IMG/VR virus record: IMGVR_UViG_3300037067_020175
DNA: 64,000 nucleotides
From: an uncultured virus (IMG/VR IMGVR_UViG_3300037067_020175)
Lineage: Duplodnaviria; Heunggongvirae; Uroviricota; Caudoviricetes
Direction: 5' to 3' (one strand)
Shown in pieces: positions 29,839-40,571 of the stretch. The stretch's first letter is position 1. Each line of letters opens with the position of its first letter. A model generated the notes under the pieces. That model was not told the origin of the DNA and ran no database searches. It saw nothing but the letters and a program-made list of their open reading frames with translations. The position numbers were made by a program, and so were the translations under genes.

Positions 29839-32438
29839 GTAATTTGGGTTCGCCTAAAGCCGCGAAAGAAAATCTAAGAATATCGGGAAATGTGGTAGTA
29901 GCCTCCGTATCTGTAGATATGTCCGGCGGGACTATTTCGGGAGCGTATGTTGTAATATCGGGAGGGGTAACAACCACTGTAAATTCGGGATTGTATCTGG
30001 CGTCTGGACTTTATCTCGCGTCCGGAATCGGGGTGGTTGCTCAAACGAGTATGTCCGGCGGATCTATTTCCGGAGCGTATGTTGTAATCTCCGGCGGGGT
30101 TACCACAACTGTGAATTCCGGACTTTATCTGGCATCTGGACTTTATCTCGCGTCCGGAATTAGTGTGGTTGCTGGAATGAGCATCTCTGGGGGTTCTACC
30201 TCTGGGCAGTTTGTAATTGCAAATACATCGGGATCTACGGTAATTTCAAAAATATCTGGAGAGACCGTTACAATAGCTTCTGGTGCATATTTCGCATCCG
30301 GGCAAAGAGTTTCAACATCTGTATCGGGAAATTTTGTTGTTACATCTGGAGGAGTTGCAAAGATCTCTGGTGAAACTGTAACCGTAGCTTCCGGATTATA
30401 TCTTGCATCCGGGCTTCGTCTGGCATCTGGACATTACTTGGCTTCCGGGTTGTATCTCGCATCCGGGTTGAGTGTAGTTGCTCAAACGAGTATGTCTGGG
30501 GGATCTATTTCCGGTGTTTACGTAGTAATATCTGGTGGGGTTGCCACAACCGTAAATTCGGGTCTATATCTCGCATCAGGACTTTACCTCGCGTCTGGTT
30601 TGAGTGTAGTAGCCGGAATGAGTATCTCCGGAGGGTCTATATCAGGAGCTTATGTTGTTATATCCGGAGGTGTGACCACAACGGTCAATTCGGGGTTGTA
30701 TCTTGCTTCTGGGCTTTATCTGGCATCCGGATTAAGCGTTGTCGCCGGGATGAGTATTTCCGGGGGATCTATTTCCGGAGCTTATGTGGTAATATCGGGA
30801 AATGTTACCACGAGCGTATCAGGTAGTTCTGTATTTGCATACATCTCTGGCGGGTCTGTCGTAATGGATATGTCCGGTCAGACGATGCTTATATCGGGAA
30901 CAGTTGAGATTGCTTCCGGATCTTATCTCGCATCAGGACTGTGGCTCGCATCAGGACATGCGGTAGTCACATCCGTTTCTGGAAATGTGGTCTACACTTC
31001 TGGCGGGGTTGCAAAGATATCCGGTGAGACGGTAATTGCGAAAGTTTCTGGAGAAGTTGTAACTGTATCTTCTGGAGCTTATCTCGCATCGGGGCTGTGG
31101 CTCGCATCAGGACATAGGGTTCTTACGTCTGTTTCTGGAAACTTCATACTCACATCGGGTGGAGTATCGAAGATCTCCGGGGAAACTGTTATTGCAAAGG
31201 TTTCGGGAGAGACTGTAACTGTAGCTTCTGGGTTGTATCTGGCATCCGGACTGAGTGTGGTAGCCGGGATGAGTATGTCGGGTGGTTCAATCTCCGGAGT
31301 GTACGTGGTAATTTCTGGTGGGGTTTTAACATCTGTATCAGGAAATGTGATCACACTCAATTCTGGAGCTTATCTCGCATCTGGTCTATGGCTCGCATCT
31401 GGAAACCGGGTTGTTACTTCCATATCGGGGAACTTCGTACTCACATCGGGTGGGGTTGCAAAGATATCCGGTGAGACGGTAACTGTAGCATCCGGTCTGT
31501 ATCTCGCATCAGGACTTTACCTCGCGTCTGGTTTGAGTGTAGTAGCCGGAATGAGTATCTCCGGAGGGTCTATATCAGGAGCTTATGTCATATCCAACAC
31601 ATCGGGGAGCTCGGTCTTCGCGTATATATCTGGTGGGTCTGTTGTCATGGATATGTCCGGTCAGACTATGCTCATATCTGGGTCTGTTAATATTGCTTCG
31701 GGGGCTTATCTCGCATCCGGTCTGTATCTTGCATCTGGTTTGAGTGTAGTAGCTGGAATGAGTATCTCCGGTGGGTCTATATCTGGAGTATATGTTGTTA
31801 TTTCAGGTTCTATCGTATCAAGTGTATCAGGAAATGTGATAACGGTAAATTCGGGATCGTATTTTGCATCCGGGTTATATTTCGCGTCTGGTCAGCCGGT
31901 TGCAATATCCGGTCAAACTGTTACTGTAGCTTCCGGGTTGTGGCTTGCTTCCGGAATAGTAGTGATGGCGAAGAACTCAGGTCAGGTTGTAACTGTTGCA
32001 TCCGGGGCTTATTTTGCGTCCGGGTTGTACTTGGCATCAGGACAATGGCAAGCATCGGGACAAAGTGTGAATGCGTTTACCAGTGGATATGCAGGAGTAA
32101 TTATCGAAACTGTTCCATTTTCATATGTATACCTGAGCGGTGGTGCAAGTGGATATTGTTCTACATACATTGCTACAACAAAACCGACATTTATACAGTC
32201 TGTGGAGTTCCACGGAACGTCTGCCACATTAGTTTCTTGTGCGTTATCCGTATACAAATATTGTGCTGTTGGTGGATACAGTTCTATGATTGTTACACAG
32301 AATATGCAGAATGTATTCGATATGGAATATATCCCATCGGGAACTCCGATATCTCTCATGTCTGGAGATGGTATTTCCATGAGATTCCCGAATTCGAATG
32401 CGGTTGCATGGAGAACAATGATTATTCTTGGGAGATAA
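29835..32438 (+). CDS. SG-repeat fibre-like protein
   Basis: Dozens of xSG-terminated 5-8 aa repeats (SGLYLA, SGETVTVA, SGGSI); small C-terminal globular domain. Confidence 0.8.
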   Translation: MSNLGSPKAAKENLRISGNVVVASVSVDMSGGTISGAYVVISGGVTTTVNSGLYLASGLYLASGIGVVAQTSMSGGSISGAYVVISGGVTTTVNSGLYLASGLYLASGISVVAGMSISGGSTSGQFVIANTSGSTVISKISGETVTIASGAYFASGQRVSTSVSGNFVVTSGGVAKISGETVTVASGLYLASGLRLASGHYLASGLYLASGLSVVAQTSMSGGSISGVYVVISGGVATTVNSGLYLASGLYLASGLSVVAGMSISGGSISGAYVVISGGVTTTVNSGLYLASGLYLASGLSVVAGMSISGGSISGAYVVISGNVTTSVSGSSVFAYISGGSVVMDMSGQTMLISGTVEIASGSYLASGLWLASGHAVVTSVSGNVVYTSGGVAKISGETVIAKVSGEVVTVSSGAYLASGLWLASGHRVLTSVSGNFILTSGGVSKISGETVIAKVSGETVTVASGLYLASGLSVVAGMSMSGGSISGVYVVISGGVLTSVSGNVITLNSGAYLASGLWLASGNRVVTSISGNFVLTSGGVAKISGETVTVASGLYLASGLYLASGLSVVAGMSISGGSISGAYVISNTSGSSVFAYISGGSVVMDMSGQTMLISGSVNIASGAYLASGLYLASGLSVVAGMSISGGSISGVYVVISGSIVSSVSGNVITVNSGSYFASGLYFASGQPVAISGQTVTVASGLWLASGIVVMAKNSGQVVTVASGAYFASGLYLASGQWQASGQSVNAFTSGYAGVIIETVPFSYVYLSGGASGYCSTYIATTKPTFIQSVEFHGTSATLVSCALSVYKYCAVGGYSSMIVTQNMQNVFDMEYIPSGTPISLMSGDGISMRFPNSNAVAWRTMIILGR

Positions 32439-32990
32439 TTGATGCCAATACTGATAAACGGGGTGGATTCAACATCTATCCCAAAAAGATCTATATTTTT
32501 ATCTGCGCAAGGTGGAATTCCAACGACAACCGCAGGGTGTGCTGCTGCAACTCAGGTTGAATCTTCTTCAAACAAAGTGAATTACTATAATCTGGCATTC
32601 GATAAAGATACGGTAGAATATGCAGAATGGAATTTTGTAATGCCGGATAACTACGATGGTGGATCAATTACAGCGAGGTTTTACTGGACTGCTGCATCAG
32701 GAAGTGGAAGTGTGATATGGAGAATTGCCGGGAGCGCATTCGCGGATAGTGATGCTATAGATATGGCGTTTGGGACTGCGGTGTCAGTAACCGATACGTT
32801 ATTAACTGCTCTCGATATTCACATATCTTCTGAGTCAAGTCCGTTCACACTTGCCGGAACTGTTGCAGGTGGAGAATATGTTGCAATTCGTGCGAACCGG
32901 TTTGCATCCGATGGAAGTGATGATTTGAGTGTGGACGCATTATTACTTGGAATAAAATTGCGATATGGTACAAATTATTGGAGTGACTAA
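32439..32990 (+). CDS. Putative virion beta-sandwich protein
   Basis: AFDKDTVEYAEW...MPDNYDGGSITARFYW. Confidence 0.6.
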   Translation: MMPILINGVDSTSIPKRSIFLSAQGGIPTTTAGCAAATQVESSSNKVNYYNLAFDKDTVEYAEWNFVMPDNYDGGSITARFYWTAASGSGSVIWRIAGSAFADSDAIDMAFGTAVSVTDTLLTALDIHISSESSPFTLAGTVAGGEYVAIRANRFASDGSDDLSVDALLLGIKLRYGTNYWSD

Positions 32991-33009
32991 AATTGTACGG
33001 AGTTTTCGA

Positions 33010-34092
33010 ATGGAAAATAAAGTAATAAATAACTATATTGTGAGTGGGGAGTCTCCGATATCGGATACGATTTCCACAAAACCGAAAAACGAACATTCCG
33101 ATATAAAATCTTCGGCATTTAGAGATAAATTCGAAAAGATAAAATTACCATTCGATTATTCTGATGGGAAATATACGATCACTATTAAAAAAGTAGAAAT
33201 GAAGAACGGTGGGATTGGAGTATGGTATTATGCTACACGCGATGGAAAATCGGTTGCTGCTCACTCTCCGCATTGGACATATAATATTCCGGTGTTAAAA
33301 CGAGTATCAACTGTTCTTACAAGTGATGTCAAAGGGGTAAAAACATTTGACCATACTCTAAAGGAAGATATTCTACAGGTATGGGTCGATGGAATGGTGC
33401 GGTATCTTGATAACTGCCCATTGGGAGAACCGATAGGGGATGATGTTACCGATGTCTATGCAAGTGTAAGCGCTCATTTTTCGTGGTATGGGGATGCAGT
33501 ATTCTCAACTCCAAGAAACATCACTACAGGAGGTATATCGACAGGAGATAATTACGTTGGGTGGGGGTCTAGCACCACTTCGAACCAATTTAGTGGATTT
33601 TGGAGAACGGGACTGACTTTCAATACGAGCAGTATAGGGACAGATTCTATATCTGCGGTAACGTTTAAAGACTACTGTATCTATGGTGTAGTTGATCTCG
33701 GTTATAATAGTTATGGATTGACTGCATTTACTCCAGACAATGCCTCATCATATACTGGCACGGATATGAATAATTTTGCTGATACAAGATTTGCTACGGA
33801 TTTGGTTCCCGGCACCGATCTTTTCGATAGTCAGTATAATACATGGACGCTCAACGCATCCGGTATTGCCAATATCAATAAGACTGGTAACACGACCATA
33901 TTTTTGCGCGATGGGTGGGATATTGACAATTCGTTTGGCGGGTCGTGGGGAAGCGAGTATTACTCTGCGGCGATGTTCAACACAGTAGAGGGAGCTGTGG
34001 ATCTCCCGTACCTCAGCATCACTCACGCACCATCTGTAAATATTTCCAAACAGGGGGTTTCTTTCGGAAGTGCGAATATGATGTGGATTTAA
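33010..34092 (+). CDS. Putative virion/adhesion protein
   Basis: RTGLTFNTSSI...PYLSITH, resembling DNRLRE/CBM96-type domains. Confidence 0.55.
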   Translation: MENKVINNYIVSGESPISDTISTKPKNEHSDIKSSAFRDKFEKIKLPFDYSDGKYTITIKKVEMKNGGIGVWYYATRDGKSVAAHSPHWTYNIPVLKRVSTVLTSDVKGVKTFDHTLKEDILQVWVDGMVRYLDNCPLGEPIGDDVTDVYASVSAHFSWYGDAVFSTPRNITTGGISTGDNYVGWGSSTTSNQFSGFWRTGLTFNTSSIGTDSISAVTFKDYCIYGVVDLGYNSYGLTAFTPDNASSYTGTDMNNFADTRFATDLVPGTDLFDSQYNTWTLNASGIANINKTGNTTIFLRDGWDIDNSFGGSWGSEYYSAAMFNTVEGAVDLPYLSITHAPSVNISKQGVSFGSANMMWI

Positions 34093-34170
34093 AAATCTTT
34101 TTGTAAGAATATTTAAATACTTTAGAATAGTATACACACTTGCTCAAGAGTGTGAGCGGAGTTTGATAGA

Positions 34171-34968
34171 ATGGCAGTAACAGATAAGGATGGTCTCGTA
34201 AAAGACAACGAGCTGCTCGTGGTATATATCCCATCGAGCAATAAAGCACTTGTTTTCAGGGTTATTTCCCGACAGAACAAGGGGTTTGAGAAATTTGACT
34301 ATGGTGCACTCCCAACTACAGCGGGGGATGTTCTATCTACCTATGATGGTGGAGTAGCAACCGTTGGTATATCTGGAGAGATGCCGCCACGATCATATGT
34401 AAATGGTAAGAAATTCCCATATACAGGGGTATACGACTCAACCGATATGTGGTTCGTTCCATTCACATGGACAGACCGTGTATATCACGTGAAGACGAAG
34501 ATCAAGCCGGGGTTCCTGAGGGTAGGGTTACAGATCCCGTCGGGTGTCAACCAGAGCCGTTTCCAGAAGGAACGCGTCGTCGGTGGAGCAGATACCAATG
34601 CTGGATTCGGTTACAATCTCGGAGAAATCGAAACGGTTCACCTTCCGGAAATCCATTATGGATACTCGTTCGGCAACGACTCCAATCTGCGATTAAGAAC
34701 CGGTGTTCATTTCACGTATGGAGAGTATATCGTAAAGATTCCAAACAGTCCATCGCTTATCTGTGACGTTCTGTCACGCACGTATCCTGCGCACTGGGTT
34801 GGTCTTCCAATCTCGACTGTGGATGCGAGCATCACACAGGGTCTCCGAAAGACTTGGGGATTCGATGGGTTCACGGTGTACCCAAACATTCAGCGCCAGA
34901 CAGCAATTGACGAATACACTTCGATTCTTGGTAGTTCGGAAGTGTGCAACCGTGGGGTGTTAATGTGA
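34171..34968 (+). CDS. Putative major/minor virion protein
   Basis: 265 aa, own promoter, biased codon use. Confidence 0.55.
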   Translation: MAVTDKDGLVKDNELLVVYIPSSNKALVFRVISRQNKGFEKFDYGALPTTAGDVLSTYDGGVATVGISGEMPPRSYVNGKKFPYTGVYDSTDMWFVPFTWTDRVYHVKTKIKPGFLRVGLQIPSGVNQSRFQKERVVGGADTNAGFGYNLGEIETVHLPEIHYGYSFGNDSNLRLRTGVHFTYGEYIVKIPNSPSLICDVLSRTYPAHWVGLPISTVDASITQGLRKTWGFDGFTVYPNIQRQTAIDEYTSILGSSEVCNRGVLM

Positions 34969-35429
34969 CATCAGAATTATTCATGATACACGCAACAACG
35001 TGTTCGGACGCTACATATACGCTCCAGTCGTCAGCGATTGTTAACTTCTCAGGTGCGATGTATCTTGCGAGCGACCTGTGGAGTGGATTTGTAACAAATA
35101 CTGCGGGAACTCTTGCTGTTGCAAACAACTCGATCCGCATCCCGAAGGGAACTGCGTTCAAGATCTGGGAATCTGCAATCTATGGTCAGGTTGGCGGAAC
35201 TGTAGCAGTTCAGGCATCGGCTGACAGTGGAGCAACGTGGATGGTTGTCGGTGTTGACAGCAATGCAACATCCGGTGGGGTTACCAGAACAAATCGTGCT
35301 GGAAGACCACTCGTAATCGAAGCTCACGATTCGAACAAACTTGTTCGTTTCAACGGTCATACAAATACGAATGCCACAACCGGTCAGTTATTTGCTGATT
35401 ATGCTGTGGAGATTGTTGAAATCAACTAA
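34965..35429 (+). CDS. Putative jelly-roll-like virion protein
   Basis: IRIPKGTAFKIW...GRPLVIEA; followed by a T-tract terminator. Confidence 0.5.
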   Translation: MTSELFMIHATTCSDATYTLQSSAIVNFSGAMYLASDLWSGFVTNTAGTLAVANNSIRIPKGTAFKIWESAIYGQVGGTVAVQASADSGATWMVVGVDSNATSGGVTRTNRAGRPLVIEAHDSNKLVRFNGHTNTNATTGQLFADYAVEIVEIN

Positions 35430-35486
35430 TCTTTTTTTTTATTTCCGATATACATATATTAGTGGACTGCTAATAACTATTTTAGT

Positions 35487-35801
35487 ATGACTACAATAAA
35501 TGTTGACGATGAGACACATGGGGTTATCATAACACTACAAAGTGTACTCACACTTATGTCGGGTGATAAACCGTCAATATCAGAAACGGTTAAGTATGCA
35601 GCATCGAGCATTCTAAGTGGGGCTACATTTACCATAGGTGGGAGAACTCACATCGAATGTCGTGGAAACGAGGATACTTCGGTTTTAACAACTACCACCA
35701 ACGGGTATAATTCAGAAACGTTATCAAACACGTGCAATTATTCATCGTGTGGTAATACGGGGTTGTCTTCCGGAATATTTTTCACCCGGAGTCTAATGTA
35801 A
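35487..35801 (+). CDS. Ribbon-helix-helix-like regulator (putative)
   Basis: MTTINVDDETH...SISETV. Confidence 0.5.
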   Translation: MTTINVDDETHGVIITLQSVLTLMSGDKPSISETVKYAASSILSGATFTIGGRTHIECRGNEDTSVLTTTTNGYNSETLSNTCNYSSCGNTGLSSGIFFTRSLM

Positions 35802-36526
35802 TGCCAGCAGCATGGGAGCTTATCAAACCTGTTGATGCGAATGGTCAACCAATTCCACAACGATTGCTCGCTGTGTGTATTCCCCACACCGGAGAAGTTT
35901 CGAGTGAGTGGGCTATGAAGCTGAGAGAGATCCAATTTCCGGCAGGGACACAGCTTTTTATGTCTCGCGGAATGCCGATTGATGTAACTCGCGAAACTAT
36001 GGTTAAATCTGCACTTGATCAGGGGTTTGAATGGATTTTCTTTTTGGACAGCGATGTGATACTGCCCCCAAACGCATTCGAGAATCTGTTTTCGCATCAC
36101 CTTCCTATTATAAACGGGATGTATAAGGCAAAGAAGCCGGGTGGATTTTTCTGGGCTGTGTGGATGAAAGTGAAGACACCTGATAATAAAGAAGCATTCG
36201 CACCCGTAGCTACGTGGACTGGAAGAACAATCGAATGTGATGTGATCGGGACTGGGTGTATGCTTGTACATAGAAGTGTATTCGAGAAGATCCGAGCCAC
36301 ATATCCACACATACCGTGGTTTTTCTGGGCTAAGGAGAGAAGTTCTGAGATTCTCGATGCCATGAAACTTCCAGATCCGCTGCTGAGAGAGGTATCAGAA
36401 GACTTTTTCTTCTGTCTGCTTGCAAAGAAATGTGGATATCAGATAATTGTGGATACAGATGTGAAGTGCAAACACATATCCGTTGTAGCCATAGGTGAAG
36501 AAACAGTATCATTACCGGGGGTGTGA
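35801..36526 (+). CDS. GT-A fold glycosyltransferase (GT2-like)
   Basis: FFLDSD, GTGCMLVHRSVFEKI, SEDFFFC. Confidence 0.85.
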   Translation: MPAAWELIKPVDANGQPIPQRLLAVCIPHTGEVSSEWAMKLREIQFPAGTQLFMSRGMPIDVTRETMVKSALDQGFEWIFFLDSDVILPPNAFENLFSHHLPIINGMYKAKKPGGFFWAVWMKVKTPDNKEAFAPVATWTGRTIECDVIGTGCMLVHRSVFEKIRATYPHIPWFFWAKERSSEILDAMKLPDPLLREVSEDFFFCLLAKKCGYQIIVDTDVKCKHISVVAIGEETVSLPGV

Positions 36527-36527
36527 T

Positions 36528-37214
36528 ATGAAACGAATTATTGGTAGAAAAATGGTAGATGATCAGACAAAGGTGTATGGATCGTTCAAAGTTCAGACAT
36601 TGAATTTGGAATTGGTAGATGATGCTGCTTCCGCTTTTAGATTCCGTTGGGCTTCTGATATAATAGATACTCTGCGTGCATCCGGATTAATAACAACGCG
36701 CGCTCTCGATATAGGAACGCACAACGCGTTTATGGCTGCTATCATTGCCAAAAAATCTTTGAATCCGGATGATCCCGATAGTCCCACAACTATCGTAGAT
36801 GCGATAGAATCTCACAATGAATCATACATTGCCGCAGCAAATCTTGCACAACAGGCGCGCAATAAAGGATTAAAACTCGATGTCCACAATGTTACATTTG
36901 ATGATTTTAACACCGAATCGACATACGATGTGATCACAGCGTTTGAAATACTTGAGCACACGAAAGACCCAATGTTCTTCATAGAGAAGGTGTACGACCT
37001 GCTCGAAATAGGGGGGCATCTGCTTCTCACTGTCCCGGAAGAGCACGGGAGGTTTGGACTCGGTGATAAAAACTGCTGGCACTATTGGACAGCAACAGTA
37101 CAATCGGTGATATCGACCATGTTCTATGACGATAGGAAGTGGAGAATCAAGCAGTGCTTCGATCACGATACACTATTGCACCTAATGGTTCAAAAAACAA
37201 CATATCAGGCGTGA
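36528..37214 (+). CDS. Class I SAM-dependent methyltransferase
   Basis: ALDIGT, YDVITAFEILEH, GGHLLLTVP. Confidence 0.85.
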   Translation: MKRIIGRKMVDDQTKVYGSFKVQTLNLELVDDAASAFRFRWASDIIDTLRASGLITTRALDIGTHNAFMAAIIAKKSLNPDDPDSPTTIVDAIESHNESYIAAANLAQQARNKGLKLDVHNVTFDDFNTESTYDVITAFEILEHTKDPMFFIEKVYDLLEIGGHLLLTVPEEHGRFGLGDKNCWHYWTATVQSVISTMFYDDRKWRIKQCFDHDTLLHLMVQKTTYQA

Positions 37215-38383
37215 CAACCGTGACACTCGACTCAGAATATTACTCTGCAAAAAACCAGTCGTATGGGTTTGTGGGTGTTGGTTATCGCGATTTCTTGGGA
37301 AATGCTAATGCTGCACTTATAATTTCGGAATTGAATCCGAGACCAACCAGTGTTATAGATATTGGCGGAGCGCGCGGATACACTGCCAAGACATTATCTA
37401 CAGTTCTTGGGATACCGGTGACGGTAATGGAAAAAAGTCAACACTGTTACCACACGCGTGCAACGAACGATTTTGTTCTGCATGATATGTACGATTTCCC
37501 GTACCCATTCGAAGACAAACAATTCGATGTTGCATATAGTAACTCTGTTCTCGAACATGTGGACTATGAACACGTAGATGGTGTTATAAAGGAAATGGCG
37601 CGCATAAGCAATCGGGGATACCACGTGATTGGATTCAGACATGTTGGTGGTGATACATCCGAAACACCGACGGGGGTGTTCTTCGAGGATGGGACTCATA
37701 TAATATACGAGACTCTCGATTGGTGGAAGAAAAAGTTTGAACGACTTGTTCCGGGATATCATTTTGATATATTCAATGCATATGGTTCGGATCTAAAGTT
37801 ACGGATACCATCGCTGAGGAATGATCATAAAAGTCTTAATCTCGGATGTGGTACTAATTTGTTTGGTTCCGGGTGGATTAATGTGGACAAGTTGGATATA
37901 TCTAAAATATGCACTGATCCTCTTGTAAGCGAAACATTCGATATTACCAACAGATTGCCATATGGGGATAATTCGTGTGATTATATATTTCTTGGAAATA
38001 TCATCGAAACTCTTGAAATTGATAAAGGGGTGGCACTTATGCAGGAGTGTTACAGGGTTCTCAAAAAAGGAGGCATGGTCAGGGTATCGGTTGTTAACTC
38101 GGAGTTGCTCATGAGAAAATATCTCAACGGTGATATAGATTTTGTAAAACACATTCATGTCGGATCTGAATTATCACCGTGCGATATAATAAAATTGTCG
38201 TATGCGATGTTTGATGGGATGGGTACTGTATACGATACGTGCTTATTACGTGAGGTGCTGAAGAGATCCGGGTTTGAGAAAATGACTACGGTGAATGCAT
38301 GGAGTTCTTCTTCCCCATTCTTGTCAGCAACCACGTGTGTGTCATATCCTACGATAAGTCTGGTAATGGAGGCTCAGAAATGA
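37211..38383 (+). CDS. Tandem double SAM-methyltransferase-domain protein
   Basis: VIDIGGARG...PFEDKQFD...VLEHV; second domain LNLGCG...ECYRVLKKGG. Confidence 0.8.
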   Translation: MTTVTLDSEYYSAKNQSYGFVGVGYRDFLGNANAALIISELNPRPTSVIDIGGARGYTAKTLSTVLGIPVTVMEKSQHCYHTRATNDFVLHDMYDFPYPFEDKQFDVAYSNSVLEHVDYEHVDGVIKEMARISNRGYHVIGFRHVGGDTSETPTGVFFEDGTHIIYETLDWWKKKFERLVPGYHFDIFNAYGSDLKLRIPSLRNDHKSLNLGCGTNLFGSGWINVDKLDISKICTDPLVSETFDITNRLPYGDNSCDYIFLGNIIETLEIDKGVALMQECYRVLKKGGMVRVSVVNSELLMRKYLNGDIDFVKHIHVGSELSPCDIIKLSYAMFDGMGTVYDTCLLREVLKRSGFEKMTTVNAWSSSSPFLSATTCVSYPTISLVMEAQK

Positions 38384-38718
38384 TGGATAATATTTTCATC
38401 GGTGGCGTCACTATGGCAGATGGTAAAGGATATTGTCGAAAGTGTATGAAAGTATTCGAATATCATTATAACGGGTCTGCCGGTCTGCGCGTTGGGGAGG
38501 GCAATTGCCCCGATTGTGGTAGTGGTGAAAATCACGGGGAAGTTGTCCGTGAAGATGATGTCGAAGACGAGATAGGATTCAAGCGAAGTCTTGTGAATGG
38601 TGGTATAATTACCGCAGATGGGCAGATTCGGAACATACGTCACGAAATATCCGAACTAAACTATATAAGGAGGCAGTTTGATAAATATGATGAAGAAAAA
38701 AGGAAGGAACTGAAATGA
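38380..38718 (+). CDS. Zn-ribbon hypothetical protein
   Basis: CRKC...CPDCGS. Confidence 0.6.
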   Translation: MMDNIFIGGVTMADGKGYCRKCMKVFEYHYNGSAGLRVGEGNCPDCGSGENHGEVVREDDVEDEIGFKRSLVNGGIITADGQIRNIRHEISELNYIRRQFDKYDEEKRKELK

Positions 38719-39761
38719 AAATTGCATTGATTTCTCCACCACTTCTGCTCACCCCACCGAGAGGTTATGGTGGGCTGGAACGTGTAGTATACGATCTCGG
38801 ATGCGCGCTTGTGGAACAAGGCGAAGAGGTTACTCTCTTTGCACCACCCGGATCACATATAGATGGTGGGAAACTCGTTGAGACAGTAAGCGCGCCAGAG
38901 CGCACTGATGTCAATTGGGTGGAACTTGAGAAGACTGCGTATGAAGGATATCGGGAAAAACTTGTGGGTTTTGATATAATCCATGATCATAGTTGGTTTG
39001 GATTCCCCTACCTCGCGAAGATAGATCCAGCGTTTAAGGACTTGAAGATATGCCACACACACCACGGACACTGTGACTGGAATCCCGGTCTTGTTCCGGA
39101 ACAGATAAAACCGGTAAGTCTTATAGGTATATCCGAATTTATGATGAACGAGTATAAGTCCCGTGGATGGAATTCCAAATATGTCTATAATGGTATAGAT
39201 ATAAGCAAACATCCATATTCGGATGTTAAGGATAACAGACTCGTTTTCGTTGGGAGAATAAGTAAGATTAAGATGCCGCACGCAGCTATAAAGGTTGCAA
39301 TAGAGTGTGATATCCCCATAGATATTATAGGAGGGAGTTTTGTAGATGACAAATCGTATCTCGAAGCGATCAAGACGGAATGTGAAAATAGCAAGGGTAT
39401 TGCTACTCTCCATCTTGACTTGGATCACGCAAAGAAAGTCGAGCTCGTCCAGCACGCAAAAGCGTGCCTGATACCAAGTAAGTTTGGAGAGCCGTTTGGA
39501 CTCACTGCTGTAGAATCGATTTCTTGCGGCACTCCTGCCATTTGTTTTGATGATGGAGCATTAAAGGAGATTGTCAATACACCAAGCGTTGGATCGATTT
39601 GTAGGGACTATGATGCCTTTCTAAAGGCAGTACAGAATATAGACTCTGCAAAGTATGATCCAAAAGCATGCAGAATTCGTGCTAATTACTTTACCCGCGA
39701 GAAGATGGCTGAGCGATACACTAAATTATATAAAGAAGTTGTAGATGGTAAGGGTTGGTAA
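38715..39761 (+). CDS. GT4 family glycosyltransferase
   Basis: MKIALI...PPRGYGGLE, FVGRI..IK, EPFGLTAVESISCGTP. Confidence 0.9.
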   Translation: MKIALISPPLLLTPPRGYGGLERVVYDLGCALVEQGEEVTLFAPPGSHIDGGKLVETVSAPERTDVNWVELEKTAYEGYREKLVGFDIIHDHSWFGFPYLAKIDPAFKDLKICHTHHGHCDWNPGLVPEQIKPVSLIGISEFMMNEYKSRGWNSKYVYNGIDISKHPYSDVKDNRLVFVGRISKIKMPHAAIKVAIECDIPIDIIGGSFVDDKSYLEAIKTECENSKGIATLHLDLDHAKKVELVQHAKACLIPSKFGEPFGLTAVESISCGTPAICFDDGALKEIVNTPSVGSICRDYDAFLKAVQNIDSAKYDPKACRIRANYFTREKMAERYTKLYKEVVDGKGW

Positions 39762-39765
39762 ACTC

Positions 39766-40557
39766 TTACAAATCATATCTCGCTTGTTTTGAAGTGATTG
39801 TTCTGGAAGTGTATTCCCAAATATCTTCTACGGTTGCGCCACCACCAGTTCCAACTCCACCACCATATGGCAGAATTGCATAAACAGACGATGTGTCTGG
39901 TGTTGTAACCCATGCATCAACAATTGCAATTCTTGAAGATCCTTCATATCCATTGATTACACGTGCTTGTCCCGTTCCTGTTCCAGACACGATTACCACT
40001 TTGAGATTTGTATATGTTTCGCTTATCGGAGATGATGTCAGGGCTAGAGTTATAGATGTAGAAGTTCCACCAAGAGCCGTTCCTTCATTAATGACATATG
40101 TGCGCAGATTTCCAAGTATGCTTCCGGCTGTTCCGGCATTATACGAACCCGGAACCTGAGTGAGCCACGGATCTGTTCCAGATCCTCCCCCAGTTGCGAC
40201 AGTTTCTGATTTTACCGGCTGTGAGTATTGTACCAGAACGTTGAACGTCCCATCCGTTTGCACAAATGGATCTGAACCATCGGAAGTAACAAGAACCCCA
40301 TTAGTAACAGTGAGTTTATGACTCGATTCCTGCGGTTTCACTTTCCACCCATTTTCCAAGAAAAAATATGATGTAACGTAGATGCCTTGTCCAGCATCTA
40401 CAGGATCTCCACCGACAACACTGAATGCGTTCAGGTATCCGCTTCCAGTAGATATGATCCAGTCCTTCCAACGAGAGTAGACATCACGGACATCGAGTGT
40501 TAATGTACCCGCTGTCATCGTGATTATTTTCGTTGTTCCATCGAACGTACATCCCAT
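39766..40557 (-). CDS. Putative virion fibre/spike-associated protein
   Basis: DVYSRWKDW motif shared with the neighbour (VYSKLKELW). Confidence 0.6.
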   Translation of the reverse strand: MGCTFDGTTKIITMTAGTLTLDVRDVYSRWKDWIISTGSGYLNAFSVVGGDPVDAGQGIYVTSYFFLENGWKVKPQESSHKLTVTNGVLVTSDGSDPFVQTDGTFNVLVQYSQPVKSETVATGGGSGTDPWLTQVPGSYNAGTAGSILGNLRTYVINEGTALGGTSTSITLALTSSPISETYTNLKVVIVSGTGTGQARVINGYEGSSRIAIVDAWVTTPDTSSVYAILPYGGGVGTGGGATVEDIWEYTSRTITSKQARYDL

Positions 40558-40571
40558 TTCTCCACCTTGCG

